DNA from: Nanobdellota archaeon
GTDB lineage: Archaea > Nanobdellota > Nanobdellia > Pacearchaeales > UBA12030
Assembly (NCBI GenBank): GCA_013331945.1
Contig: DUFK01000027.1
Coordinates: 19,687 to 55,771 of the forward strand
Direction of reading: 5' to 3'
Length of the DNA stretch: 36,085 nt
Position numbers and translations under genes: made by a program. Of this stretch, positions 1-7,715 are shown one piece after another (position 1 is the first letter of the stretch; each line of letters opens with the position of its first letter). The notes under the pieces were generated by a model. That model had not been told where the DNA came from. It was given only the letters and a program-made list of their open reading frames with translations, and ran no database searches.

Positions 1-206
1 AATTCCTGCCTGTGCCAGAATTGGAATACAGAATCTGTGACTGGGCCCCTTCCTTGTTGTATGTTCTTTGCTAATTCATAATATGTGGGCTCATCTCCAC
101 CAACCCACGTAAACTTATCTACAGAAGAAATTTGTGAGAAAGTGTAAAGGCGGAGCGCTATACCAAGCACTAAAATCAGTATAAATAAAATAAATTTATA
201 TCTCAT
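1..206 (-). CDS. ArnT/PMT-like (GT-C fold) membrane glycosyltransferase, N-terminal fragment; the gene runs off the left edge of the window
   Basis: Not in the ORF track because there is no stop inside the window. The reverse complement of 1..206 translates from an ATG (204..206) as MRYKFILFILILVLGIALRLYTFSQISSVDKFTWVGGDEPTYYELAKNIQQGRGPVTDSVFQFWHRQE. That is one N-terminal TM helix followed by a loop with an acidic GGDE motif, the same layout as the N-terminus of the 23066..24592 protein (AVRLYFF...VWWDESEH). It starts 9 nt after the stop of the upstream Dpm1-like GT2. Confidence 0.6.
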   Translation of the reverse strand, partial: MRYKFILFILILVLGIALRLYTFSQISSVDKFTWVGGDEPTYYELAKNIQQGRGPVTDSVFQFWHRQE

Positions 207-215
207 CTTCAATTA

Positions 216-953
216 TTAGGGGGATTTAGGAGGAACAGAATATTTAGACTTAATCTCTTTATTAAATTTATACAATGCTATCAGCTCTTTTATAACTACA
301 GAAGGTATCTTTCTTATAGGGAACACATTTGATTCAGCACCCTCTCTTTTCCAGTGAGTTACTGGCACTTCCACAATTTTGAATCCCTTGTAGTATGACC
401 TAACAACAAACTCAGAAGTAAAATAGCTAAGTACTCCAACTTCCTTCACAACCTCTCTAACAACCTCCTTCTTGATTAGCTTAAACCCAGTGTCCATATC
501 CTTAAGCGGTACTTTTAAAAAAACCCTCAATAAAAAATTAAACCCCTTGGAAAGAACAATCCTATAGAACGGATCCTTTCTCTTCACCTTTAAGCCTAAA
601 ATCACATCATAATCTTTGGTGTAAGGTAATAGTCTCCATATATTCTTAGGATCGAATTGGTAATCAGAGTCTACTAGCAAGATCCACTCATATTTTGGAT
701 ACCTTAAGGCTTCCTTATTTGCCCTTAAGACTCCTTTCCTCTCTTTATGCATGTAAGCTCGTATCTTCAGTTCTTTTTTTAATCTTTTAAGTATCTCCTT
801 TGTTCCATCAGTACTGCCGTCTTCTGCGACAATAATCTCAAAATCAATCTTGCCTTTAAGTTCATTATAGAAAGATCTTATACTCTTTTCTATGATATAG
901 GCTTCGTTGTAAACAGGCATAACAACAGATAGACTAGGCAGCCTTTTTTTCAT
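216..953 (-). CDS. GT2 glycosyltransferase, Dpm1-like (polyprenyl/dolichyl-phosphate sugar synthase type, no C-terminal TM)
   Basis: Motifs LSVVMPVYNE, VAEDGSTDGT and LLVDSDYQFDP (DxD). I prefer the ATG at 953 (MKKRLPSLSVV...) because AAGGGGAG lies 4-5 nt upstream of it. The ORF-track start at 998 would overlap fcl by 65 nt. Confidence 0.85.
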   Translation of the reverse strand: MKKRLPSLSVVMPVYNEAYIIEKSIRSFYNELKGKIDFEIIVAEDGSTDGTKEILKRLKKELKIRAYMHKERKGVLRANKEALRYPKYEWILLVDSDYQFDPKNIWRLLPYTKDYDVILGLKVKRKDPFYRIVLSKGFNFLLRVFLKVPLKDMDTGFKLIKKEVVREVVKEVGVLSYFTSEFVVRSYYKGFKIVEVPVTHWKREGAESNVFPIRKIPSVVIKELIALYKFNKEIKSKYSVPPKSP

Positions 954-1920
954 TTTCTCCCCTTGGTTTTTGTACTTCTTGATTCTCAAACCATTCATAT
1001 GTTCGCTTTATTCCCTCTTCTAAATCAGTTCCTGCCTTCCACCCGAGGCTATGTATCTTACTAACATCGAGTAACTTCCGGCTCATACCATCTGGTTTTG
1101 TAGTATCAAATTCTATTCCCCCCTTGAATCCAATAGAATTCCTGATAATTTCTGCAATCTCTCTTATTGTCCTATCTACCCCTGTCCCAATATTTATAAT
1201 TTCTGGAGAATTATAGTTCTTCATTAAAAAGATGCAAGCCTCGGCTAGGTCTTCTACATATAAGGCCTCTCTTCTCGGGCTACCCGTACCCCAGATCACC
1301 ACCTCTTCCTTATCAGAAATTTTTGCCTTGTGGAATTTCAGAATAAGCGATGGTACCAAGTGGGAATTCAGTGGGTCGTACTTATCATTAATCCCATATG
1401 AGTTTGCTGCAATCGCAGAGATAAAATTAGTACCATACTGCTTATTGTAGGATTGACACATTTCTACTCCAGCTATCTTTGCGATGGCGAATGGTTGGTT
1501 TGTTGGCTCTAAATTACCTGATAATAGATAGGACTCCTTTATCGGCTGGCTGCAGTCTCTCGGATAGATGCAATTGCTAGCTAAGAATAGCAATTTCTTA
1601 ACCCCAAACTTCCATGCAGAATGAATTAAATTATTCTGGATTTGCAGGTTCTTGTAAATGAACTCAGCTCTGTAAGTATTATTTGCATGTATGCCTCCAG
1701 ATTTAGCGGCCGCATCAAAAACATATTCTGGTCTCTCTTCTCGGAAGAACTCTTCGGTGACTCTTTGGTCTTCGAGGTTTAGTTCTGAAGAGGCCTTAAC
1801 AATAATGTTTTTGTACCCCTCTTTTTCAAGCCTCCGTTTAATTGCAGACCCAACCATCCCTGAATGTCCAGCAATGTATACTTTTGATTCCTCATTCATG
1901 TTTCTTCTCATCGATGTCAT
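934..1920 (-). CDS. fcl: GDP-L-fucose synthase (GDP-4-keto-6-deoxymannose 3,5-epimerase/4-reductase) family; variant with Phe at the catalytic Tyr position
   Basis: Colinear with E. coli Fcl/WcaG as I recall it: VYIAGHSGMVGSAI, LFLASNCIYP, EPTNQPFAIAKIAG, NSHLVPSLI, WGTGSPRRE, NIGTGVD, KPDGMSRKLLD. The start could also be the ATG at 1911 or 1899. Confidence 0.85.
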   Translation of the reverse strand: MTSMRRNMNEESKVYIAGHSGMVGSAIKRRLEKEGYKNIIVKASSELNLEDQRVTEEFFREERPEYVFDAAAKSGGIHANNTYRAEFIYKNLQIQNNLIHSAWKFGVKKLLFLASNCIYPRDCSQPIKESYLLSGNLEPTNQPFAIAKIAGVEMCQSYNKQYGTNFISAIAANSYGINDKYDPLNSHLVPSLILKFHKAKISDKEEVVIWGTGSPRREALYVEDLAEACIFLMKNYNSPEIINIGTGVDRTIREIAEIIRNSIGFKGGIEFDTTKPDGMSRKLLDVSKIHSLGWKAGTDLEEGIKRTYEWFENQEVQKPRGENEKKAA

Positions 1921-2947
1921 GCATTTTAATGAATTCCCTATTCCATTCTATAGTCCTTTTTACCCCTTCTTTAATCTCTACAAGATTATCCAATTTAAAC
2001 TCATTTTTTATCTTACTTATATCTAGCTTAACCCTGTCTGGTGCGCCTGCCATGAATGTCTCGCTCGTATCTCTCGGCAGAGAGTATTCTGAATTTGTAA
2101 GCTCGCATACGGTCTTAGCCAGGTCCTTGATGGATGTTAACTCCTCTCCTCCAACATTGTACACAAAAGATTCCCCGTGCAGCAGAATATTCAGTAGCAT
2201 GATAACGCAGTCTCCCACATATAGCCATGCCCTCTCCTGTCTACCACTATCCAGCAGGTCTATATATCCTTTTATCATGGCTTTATTAAGGAAATTTCCC
2301 AGGACTCTCTTATCATAGACAGATATTCCTGGGCCGTATACAGAAGAACATCTAGCAATTTTTACATCTACCCCAGATTCTTTAAAAACAGAGCAAATAG
2401 TCTCCCCTAATCTTTTTGATTCAGTATAAGGAGCTCTTTCATATATTGGGGAGCAGTTACCATTATAGCTTTCTGGAGTAGGAATTTTTTCTGCCTGACC
2501 ATAAATCTCTGATGAACTTATAAAAAGGAAAGAAGAACTGTTTTTCTTACACGTGTCCAGGAGTTTTTCAGTTACCACTGTATTTAACTTTATTGTTTCC
2601 ATTTTATTCTCCAAAAATTTCACTGGTTGAGCATAAGTAGCAGCATGGATTACATAATCGAACTTTTCATCGAATCCAGAATCTTCCACCAAATTTTTTT
2701 GATAGAAAGTACTGTTCTCATCTTCTTTTATTTCGGACAAAGTTTTATTAGGGTCATTTTTGCTTACTCCAATAACCTTTATATTCAAGTTGTGTTTCTT
2801 ATTTGCTAAATACAAGGCCATAACGATATACGTTCCTATCAAGCCATTTGATCCGGTGACTAAAATACTCTTATCCTTAAGTTTTCCAAGTTCTACCCTC
2901 TCCAATACTCTCAACAAGTCTTCTTCTATAACCTTATTCATTTGCAA
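1892..2947 (-). CDS. Extended-SDR NDP-sugar epimerase/dehydratase (UDP-glucuronate decarboxylase-like)
   Basis: Rossmann motif VTGSNGLIGTY, ISSSEIYG, and a YxxxK motif in APYTESKRLGE. It overlaps both neighbouring genes, which suggests translational coupling. Confidence 0.8.
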   Translation of the reverse strand: MQMNKVIEEDLLRVLERVELGKLKDKSILVTGSNGLIGTYIVMALYLANKKHNLNIKVIGVSKNDPNKTLSEIKEDENSTFYQKNLVEDSGFDEKFDYVIHAATYAQPVKFLENKMETIKLNTVVTEKLLDTCKKNSSSFLFISSSEIYGQAEKIPTPESYNGNCSPIYERAPYTESKRLGETICSVFKESGVDVKIARCSSVYGPGISVYDKRVLGNFLNKAMIKGYIDLLDSGRQERAWLYVGDCVIMLLNILLHGESFVYNVGGEELTSIKDLAKTVCELTNSEYSLPRDTSETFMAGAPDRVKLDISKIKNEFKLDNLVEIKEGVKRTIEWNREFIKMHDIDEKKHE

Positions 2948-3851
2948 CTATACTCCTTATTTTATTGGCAATTTCCTCTTCATTTAATCCAGATGATCTA
3001 CACAGGTCATCATATTTCCCATAGTCTGTAATGAACTTATCTCCCACACCCATCCTATACATCTCAATATTCCCAAGTTCACCCAACACCATTGAAACTT
3101 CGTCACCTAGTCCACCCCTTATACTGGCCTCCTCTACAGTTAATACTTTCCCGGTTTTTCGTGCACTTTCTATAATCAGCTCTTTATCCATTGGTTTAAT
3201 CGTGTGGATGTAGATAATCTCAGCATCAATGCCATCTTTTTTCAGAGTTGCACTTGCTTTTGCGGCGTTATCTACCTGGGGGCCAGAAACAACTATTGTA
3301 ATGTCAATCCCGTCCTTGATAACTACTCCCCTGCCAAATTTTATAATGCTTTCATCTATCTGCTGCGTATGTTTCCTTTCAGGAAGGCGGAAATAAGTCA
3401 GTTTCCCGTTATCAAAACTCTGTTTGAATAACACCTCAAGCTCTTTAGGGCTTGAGGGGTACACTACCTCTGTATTAGGCAAACTTCTTAAAATAGCTAT
3501 ATCTGAGTATGTGTGATGCGTGCACCCTAATCCAGAATAGTCAAATGCAGACCCCACGCTAACTATATTCCCCCCCACACCCTGGTAACAGAAATCATCT
3601 TTAATCTGCTCGAAGCATCTTTCTGTCACAAATGGCGCAATACTGTGGACTACCGGTATCAATCCAGCCAAGGCCATTCCAGATGCCATACTCATCATTG
3701 ATTGCTCGCATATGCCGATGTTATAGAACCTTTCAGGATAATTTTTCCTGAACTCCCTAAGACCAAAAACACTTATATCTCCAGCTAGTATCACCAACCT
3801 CTCTTCTTTCCCGCCCATCTCGAGCATTAGCCTAACGAATTCTTTTCTCAT
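2934..3851 (-). CDS. Transketolase, C-terminal (pyrimidine-binding plus C-terminal domain) subunit
   Basis: FYNIGICEQSMMSMASGMALAGLIPVVHSIAPF is the Transket_pyr signature. About 305 aa, typical of split archaeal/bacterial transketolase B subunits. ATGA overlap with the N-terminal subunit at 3848..3851. Confidence 0.9.
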   Translation of the reverse strand: MRKEFVRLMLEMGGKEERLVILAGDISVFGLREFRKNYPERFYNIGICEQSMMSMASGMALAGLIPVVHSIAPFVTERCFEQIKDDFCYQGVGGNIVSVGSAFDYSGLGCTHHTYSDIAILRSLPNTEVVYPSSPKELEVLFKQSFDNGKLTYFRLPERKHTQQIDESIIKFGRGVVIKDGIDITIVVSGPQVDNAAKASATLKKDGIDAEIIYIHTIKPMDKELIIESARKTGKVLTVEEASIRGGLGDEVSMVLGELGNIEMYRMGVGDKFITDYGKYDDLCRSSGLNEEEIANKIRSIVANE

Positions 3852-4624
3852 TTCAGCTCTTCAAGAATTTTTTTATAAGTCTCTTCATCTGGACTCTTAT
3901 GATGCCATTCCGGATTGTTTTCCATGATGCCAATACCTTTTCCTTTAACAGTATTCGCAATTATGACCTTTGGTTTTGCAGTCTTAATACCCATCATGGC
4001 CTTTACCTTTCTCTCGATTTCCTCATGATTATGGCCATCCATTTCTTCAGCTTCCCACCCGAAACTAGTCCAAATTTTCTTATAGTCATAGTCTAGGGAA
4101 TATGCTTGAGACTTGTTTTTATCAACAATCACTAGAAGATTATCTAATAACAAATTTCTTGCGACCTGAGCGCTCTCCCATATAGTCCCCTCGTTACTCT
4201 CCCCATCTCCTATAATCACAAATACCTTATTCGGCTTTTTTAATATCTTCATTGCTGTCGCGATACCCAAACCTATTGGCAACCCATGCCCCAATGAACC
4301 GGTTGAGGCCTCTACACCAGGAACCTTATTCCTATCTGGATGACCTCCAAACATACTATCAAATTTGCAAAAGGTCTTCAACTCCTCTTTATTAAAGAAT
4401 CCGACATCCGCTAATACTGCATACAGTGCGGGACAGCCATGCCCTTTACTTAGAATAAAATAATCTCTTGCATCCCAGCTCAGGTTCTTAGGGTCAAATC
4501 TTAATATCTTCTTGTATAGAATATAGATTAAATCAATTATGCCCAAGGCACTTGGAAGATGTCCCTCTGATGAGTAGTAGACCATATCTACTATGTCCTT
4601 TCTTAAAGAATTTATCTTATCCAT
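3848..4624 (-). CDS. Transketolase, N-terminal (thiamine-diphosphate-binding) subunit
   Basis: SKGHGCPALYAVLADVGF, GSLGHGLPIGLGIA, and the TPP-binding motif IIGDGESNEGTIWESAQVA. 258 aa. Confidence 0.9.
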   Translation of the reverse strand: MDKINSLRKDIVDMVYYSSEGHLPSALGIIDLIYILYKKILRFDPKNLSWDARDYFILSKGHGCPALYAVLADVGFFNKEELKTFCKFDSMFGGHPDRNKVPGVEASTGSLGHGLPIGLGIATAMKILKKPNKVFVIIGDGESNEGTIWESAQVARNLLLDNLLVIVDKNKSQAYSLDYDYKKIWTSFGWEAEEMDGHNHEEIERKVKAMMGIKTAKPKVIIANTVKGKGIGIMENNPEWHHKSPDEETYKKILEELK

Positions 4625-4781
4625 ATCTCTACCTTTCTAAAGATTAACTTTTTTAGGTCAAAAGTAGCATTTACCTTAATAAAATGCTCTCGATAGGCTG
4701 CCCCCTAGTTACTCTAATAAGATATAGCGATTAAATTTAAAAGGCTTTCTAATTTTTATACTCCTGCTTGGGGCGATTAAA
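4625..4781. promoter_or_regulatory. Divergent intergenic/promoter region between the tkt operon (-) and the membrane-GT operon (+)
   Basis: 157-bp AT-rich gap between divergent start codons. TTTTTATA (4753..4760) is centred about 26 nt before the ATG at 4782, which fits a leaderless + transcript. On the minus strand, GAAAGCCTTTTAAATTT (4733..4749) matches the BRE/TATA-like motif seen upstream of aglB. Confidence 0.4.
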
Positions 4782-6731
4782 ATGTACTGGCCAATAACCT
4801 TACTTTTAGGATTAATTATCATCTTTGTAATCGGTTATTTGCTATTCCTCAAATTCAGACTAAAATCTGACGCATTCCTATTCTCAGTAGGGCTGGGAAC
4901 AATGTTTATAGTTTTCCTGCTTTTCTCCATAAACCAGTACTTTAGATTACCTATTAGCCCCACCAATACCTGGATAGCAATTATATCCTCACTACTATTC
5001 CTATTATTGGTAAATTATAACCTGCTTATTAGAGAAGTTCCAAGAATTAAGTTTAAATTTAAGCCAAAATTTAGCGCCTTTTCTATATTGATACTGGCAG
5101 TCTTCATTATCGCTTTTTACAAATCAGTTTTCTTCCCGATAACTGCAGATGATGCAGTTTTAATGTATGCATTTATCTCTGAAAGATCTTGGGATGATGG
5201 ATTCCCTCCGTCAGCAACCTCTTCTTATATGGAGATATCTTATGCCTACCCGAACACAAATTTCGTATTATTTTTTTATAACTACTTTTTTGGTTTAAAT
5301 TTTGGATTCGATGACATATTCATTAGAGTTCTAATTCCATTGTTTTCTTTATTAAATCTCTTGCTTTTCTATAGACTATCGTTCGCCCTATTTAAAAACA
5401 AAGAGATAGCGCAGCTCACCGCAGTGATTTTTGCAAGCAGTACGATCTTCGCTTCGGGTATAATTCAGGAGTATACGACTATGTATGAGGTTTTCTTCTC
5501 TTTTATGGCCGTTTACGCCTTTGTTCTTTATAACGAAGATAAGGATTATAGGTATCTTGTACTGACGGGGGTATTCCTCGCTTCAATTTTAATGATTAAA
5601 TATACTCTAATCCCATTTGTACTCTTCTTCTTGGTATCTATGCTGGTCTTCAATAGAAGTATAAAGACTATAGTGAAACTCGCAATTGTAATTATCCCCG
5701 TGTCATTGGTGTTCTATCTAAGAAACATAATATCTTATAAAAATCCAGTATACCCCTTCTTTTTCGGCGGGGAGAATTTTAATGCTAAACTATTTGAGAT
5801 ACAGAATACCTTTGCAAATGTCCCCAGTTATACAGTAGAACAGCTATTTGTAGCTCTAATCCCAATTAGTTTATTTATATTCATATTTTTCATCTGCTTC
5901 CTGCTAGATTACATCAAGTCTGAAAAGAAAAATTCTACCTACAACATCTTAATTCTAACTGCAGTCTTATACCTGCTTTTTTGGTCTTGGACATCCGCAT
6001 TCATAAAAGAGACGCAAGGCATGCGTCACCTAATAGAATCTTTCGGGATAATCTCCCTATTCTCGGCCGCGTTCTTATACAAAAAAATCCATGATAGGTC
6101 TAAGATTATATTATACTCATTAATACCTGCAATATCTGCTTTTTCGATTTATTGGTTGTACTTCGTTTTTGTGCCTGATCCCTATTTCGAATATTCTAAA
6201 AACCTGCTTACCTTGATGTTCTTACAGCCGGTACTCCTAACTTGCTCTCTTCTCTTGCTAAGGTCAAAAATAAATTCTAAGAAGATATTGGCTTTGGTAA
6301 TTATTTCTCTTATGATTGTACCAATAGGTTTTGCCGCATTCGCCAAGAGAACAGCTCTTTGGGAGTACCCATCTGACGAAGAGGTAATTGAAAGGTATTA
6401 TCCAGACCACTTCGAAGTTTTTCAGTACATAAACAAGAATTTGCCAGCAGACGCAAAAATTCTGAGCCTTTATAATCAGAGGTATTACATCAAAAGAGAG
6501 ATATTGCCGGCGGATTCGCCAAGAGTATCCTTCCTTTACGAGAATACCTCCATTGATAGTGCTATCAATAAACTAGAATCCATGGGCGTCAATTATATCC
6601 TAGTTTCGGAGATGGAGAAAAATCTGCCATTCTGGCAGATTTCTGTTGTACATCGTGCACATGAAGAAAGGAATTTAAAATTAACTGTTCTTTACAAAAA
6701 TGAGGAGGTTACGCTTTACGAGATAAGTTAG
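4782..6731 (+). CDS. Polytopic membrane protein with C-terminal soluble domain; probable GT-C-fold (ArnT/PMT-like) glycosyltransferase
   Basis: 649 aa. Hydrophobic segments run through about residue 520. An acidic loop motif FPITADDAVLMY follows the first few TM helices, and there is a roughly 125-aa hydrophilic C-terminus (WEYPSDEEVIERYYPDHF...). The architecture resembles the 23066..24592 protein. The functional call is weaker than the CDS call. Confidence 0.5.
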   Translation: MYWPITLLLGLIIIFVIGYLLFLKFRLKSDAFLFSVGLGTMFIVFLLFSINQYFRLPISPTNTWIAIISSLLFLLLVNYNLLIREVPRIKFKFKPKFSAFSILILAVFIIAFYKSVFFPITADDAVLMYAFISERSWDDGFPPSATSSYMEISYAYPNTNFVLFFYNYFFGLNFGFDDIFIRVLIPLFSLLNLLLFYRLSFALFKNKEIAQLTAVIFASSTIFASGIIQEYTTMYEVFFSFMAVYAFVLYNEDKDYRYLVLTGVFLASILMIKYTLIPFVLFFLVSMLVFNRSIKTIVKLAIVIIPVSLVFYLRNIISYKNPVYPFFFGGENFNAKLFEIQNTFANVPSYTVEQLFVALIPISLFIFIFFICFLLDYIKSEKKNSTYNILILTAVLYLLFWSWTSAFIKETQGMRHLIESFGIISLFSAAFLYKKIHDRSKIILYSLIPAISAFSIYWLYFVFVPDPYFEYSKNLLTLMFLQPVLLTCSLLLLRSKINSKKILALVIISLMIVPIGFAAFAKRTALWEYPSDEEVIERYYPDHFEVFQYINKNLPADAKILSLYNQRYYIKREILPADSPRVSFLYENTSIDSAINKLESMGVNYILVSEMEKNLPFWQISVVHRAHEERNLKLTVLYKNEEVTLYEIS

Positions 6732-6751
6732 GCTAAGAGTGATAATTTAAA

Positions 6752-7702
6752 ATGGAAAAAAAGTTGCTGGGGATTTTACAATGCCCTTACTGCGGCAAGG
6801 AATTTAAGCTTTCGGCTAGGGCTAAAAATAGCTCCATGGTCAGCGAGGGTAAATTAATTTGCGGGTGTTCCGAATACAATGTAAAAAACGGCCTTCCTAT
6901 TTTACTAAATCATGAGCCCAAACACAAGGGAGAATGGGATGATCAATGGAGCCTGTACTCGAACAAAATTAGGTTGTGGGATACAGACGTTAACGAGTGG
7001 GAAGAAAATATGCTAAAACAAAGCCTAATGATCAAAAACACTTCTGAGCTTAAAGGGAAGTGGATTTTGGATGCCGGATGTGGTCCGGGAGTGATATCCT
7101 CGAAACTATCTAAATACTGCACTGGTGGCGGGCTGGTTGGAGTGGATATGTCCTCCGCAGTAAAATTTGCGAACTCTCATTTTAGTTCAAGTCTCCGTAT
7201 TGCAAGAATGAATGAAAATCTTCACTTTGTACAGGCAGATATACAGCATTTGCCTTTCAAAAATGGTGTTTTTGATATGGTATACTCTGCCGGAGTTCTT
7301 CATCATATTGATGATACTGAAATGGCTTTCAAAAGCCTATTAAGGTGCTTGAAGAAAAGAGGCAAAATCAGCATTTGGGTGTATAATGAAGATACATCTA
7401 TCAAAGTAAAGATTCTTGAAGTCCACTTTAGGAAATTTTTAACATTTTTCCCGCGAAAGTTTAGGAAGCAAGTCTTGCTTTCTTTATTACCTCTTTTTTT
7501 AATAAAGCAAAGTTTATTCGGAAAAGGAAGCAAGCAAGATGCAAAAGAAAAATTACTCCATATTTATGATGCATTGTACCACAAGGTGGCCAAGCGTTAT
7601 TTCTCCAAAGAAATGGTTGATCTATTCAAGCGCAATGGCCTTAAGCATGTAGTTATTGGAAGAGAAGACGAGAGCGGATTTTCAGTTACTGGGATTAAAT
7701 AG
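6752..7702 (+). CDS. Trm112-like zinc-ribbon domain fused to a class I SAM-dependent methyltransferase
   Basis: N-terminal CPYCGKEF...LICGCSEYNVKNGLPILL (four-Cys ribbon, Trm112p/UPF0434-like). Methyltransferase motif I ILDAGCGPGVIS, plus VYSAGVLHHI. A hydrophobic patch LLSLLPLFLIKQSLF lies near the C-terminus. Confidence 0.75.
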   Translation: MEKKLLGILQCPYCGKEFKLSARAKNSSMVSEGKLICGCSEYNVKNGLPILLNHEPKHKGEWDDQWSLYSNKIRLWDTDVNEWEENMLKQSLMIKNTSELKGKWILDAGCGPGVISSKLSKYCTGGGLVGVDMSSAVKFANSHFSSSLRIARMNENLHFVQADIQHLPFKNGVFDMVYSAGVLHHIDDTEMAFKSLLRCLKKRGKISIWVYNEDTSIKVKILEVHFRKFLTFFPRKFRKQVLLSLLPLFLIKQSLFGKGSKQDAKEKLLHIYDALYHKVAKRYFSKEMVDLFKRNGLKHVVIGREDESGFSVTGIK

Positions 7703-7715
7703 CGTAAAGATGGTA

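Noticed and set aside
2934-4624. Reading the transketolase pair as housekeeping pentose-phosphate genes that are merely adjacent.
   Set aside because: Not fully rejected. I down-weighted it because the pair is overlap-coupled to four glycan genes in one operon. It remains the null hypothesis, and the genome-wide paralogue count needed to test it is described in the finding.
4625-4712. A possible TPP riboswitch in the long putative 5' leader of the transketolase operon (GGGGCAGCC...CGAGAG...GGUAAAUGCUAC...GACCU on the minus strand).
   Set aside because: The pieces only loosely resemble the CUGAGA and ACCUGAUCUGGAUAAUGCC cores, and they occur in the wrong order. The segment is also too short for the full P1-P5 architecture. 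A covariance-model scan (Rfam TPP) would settle it.
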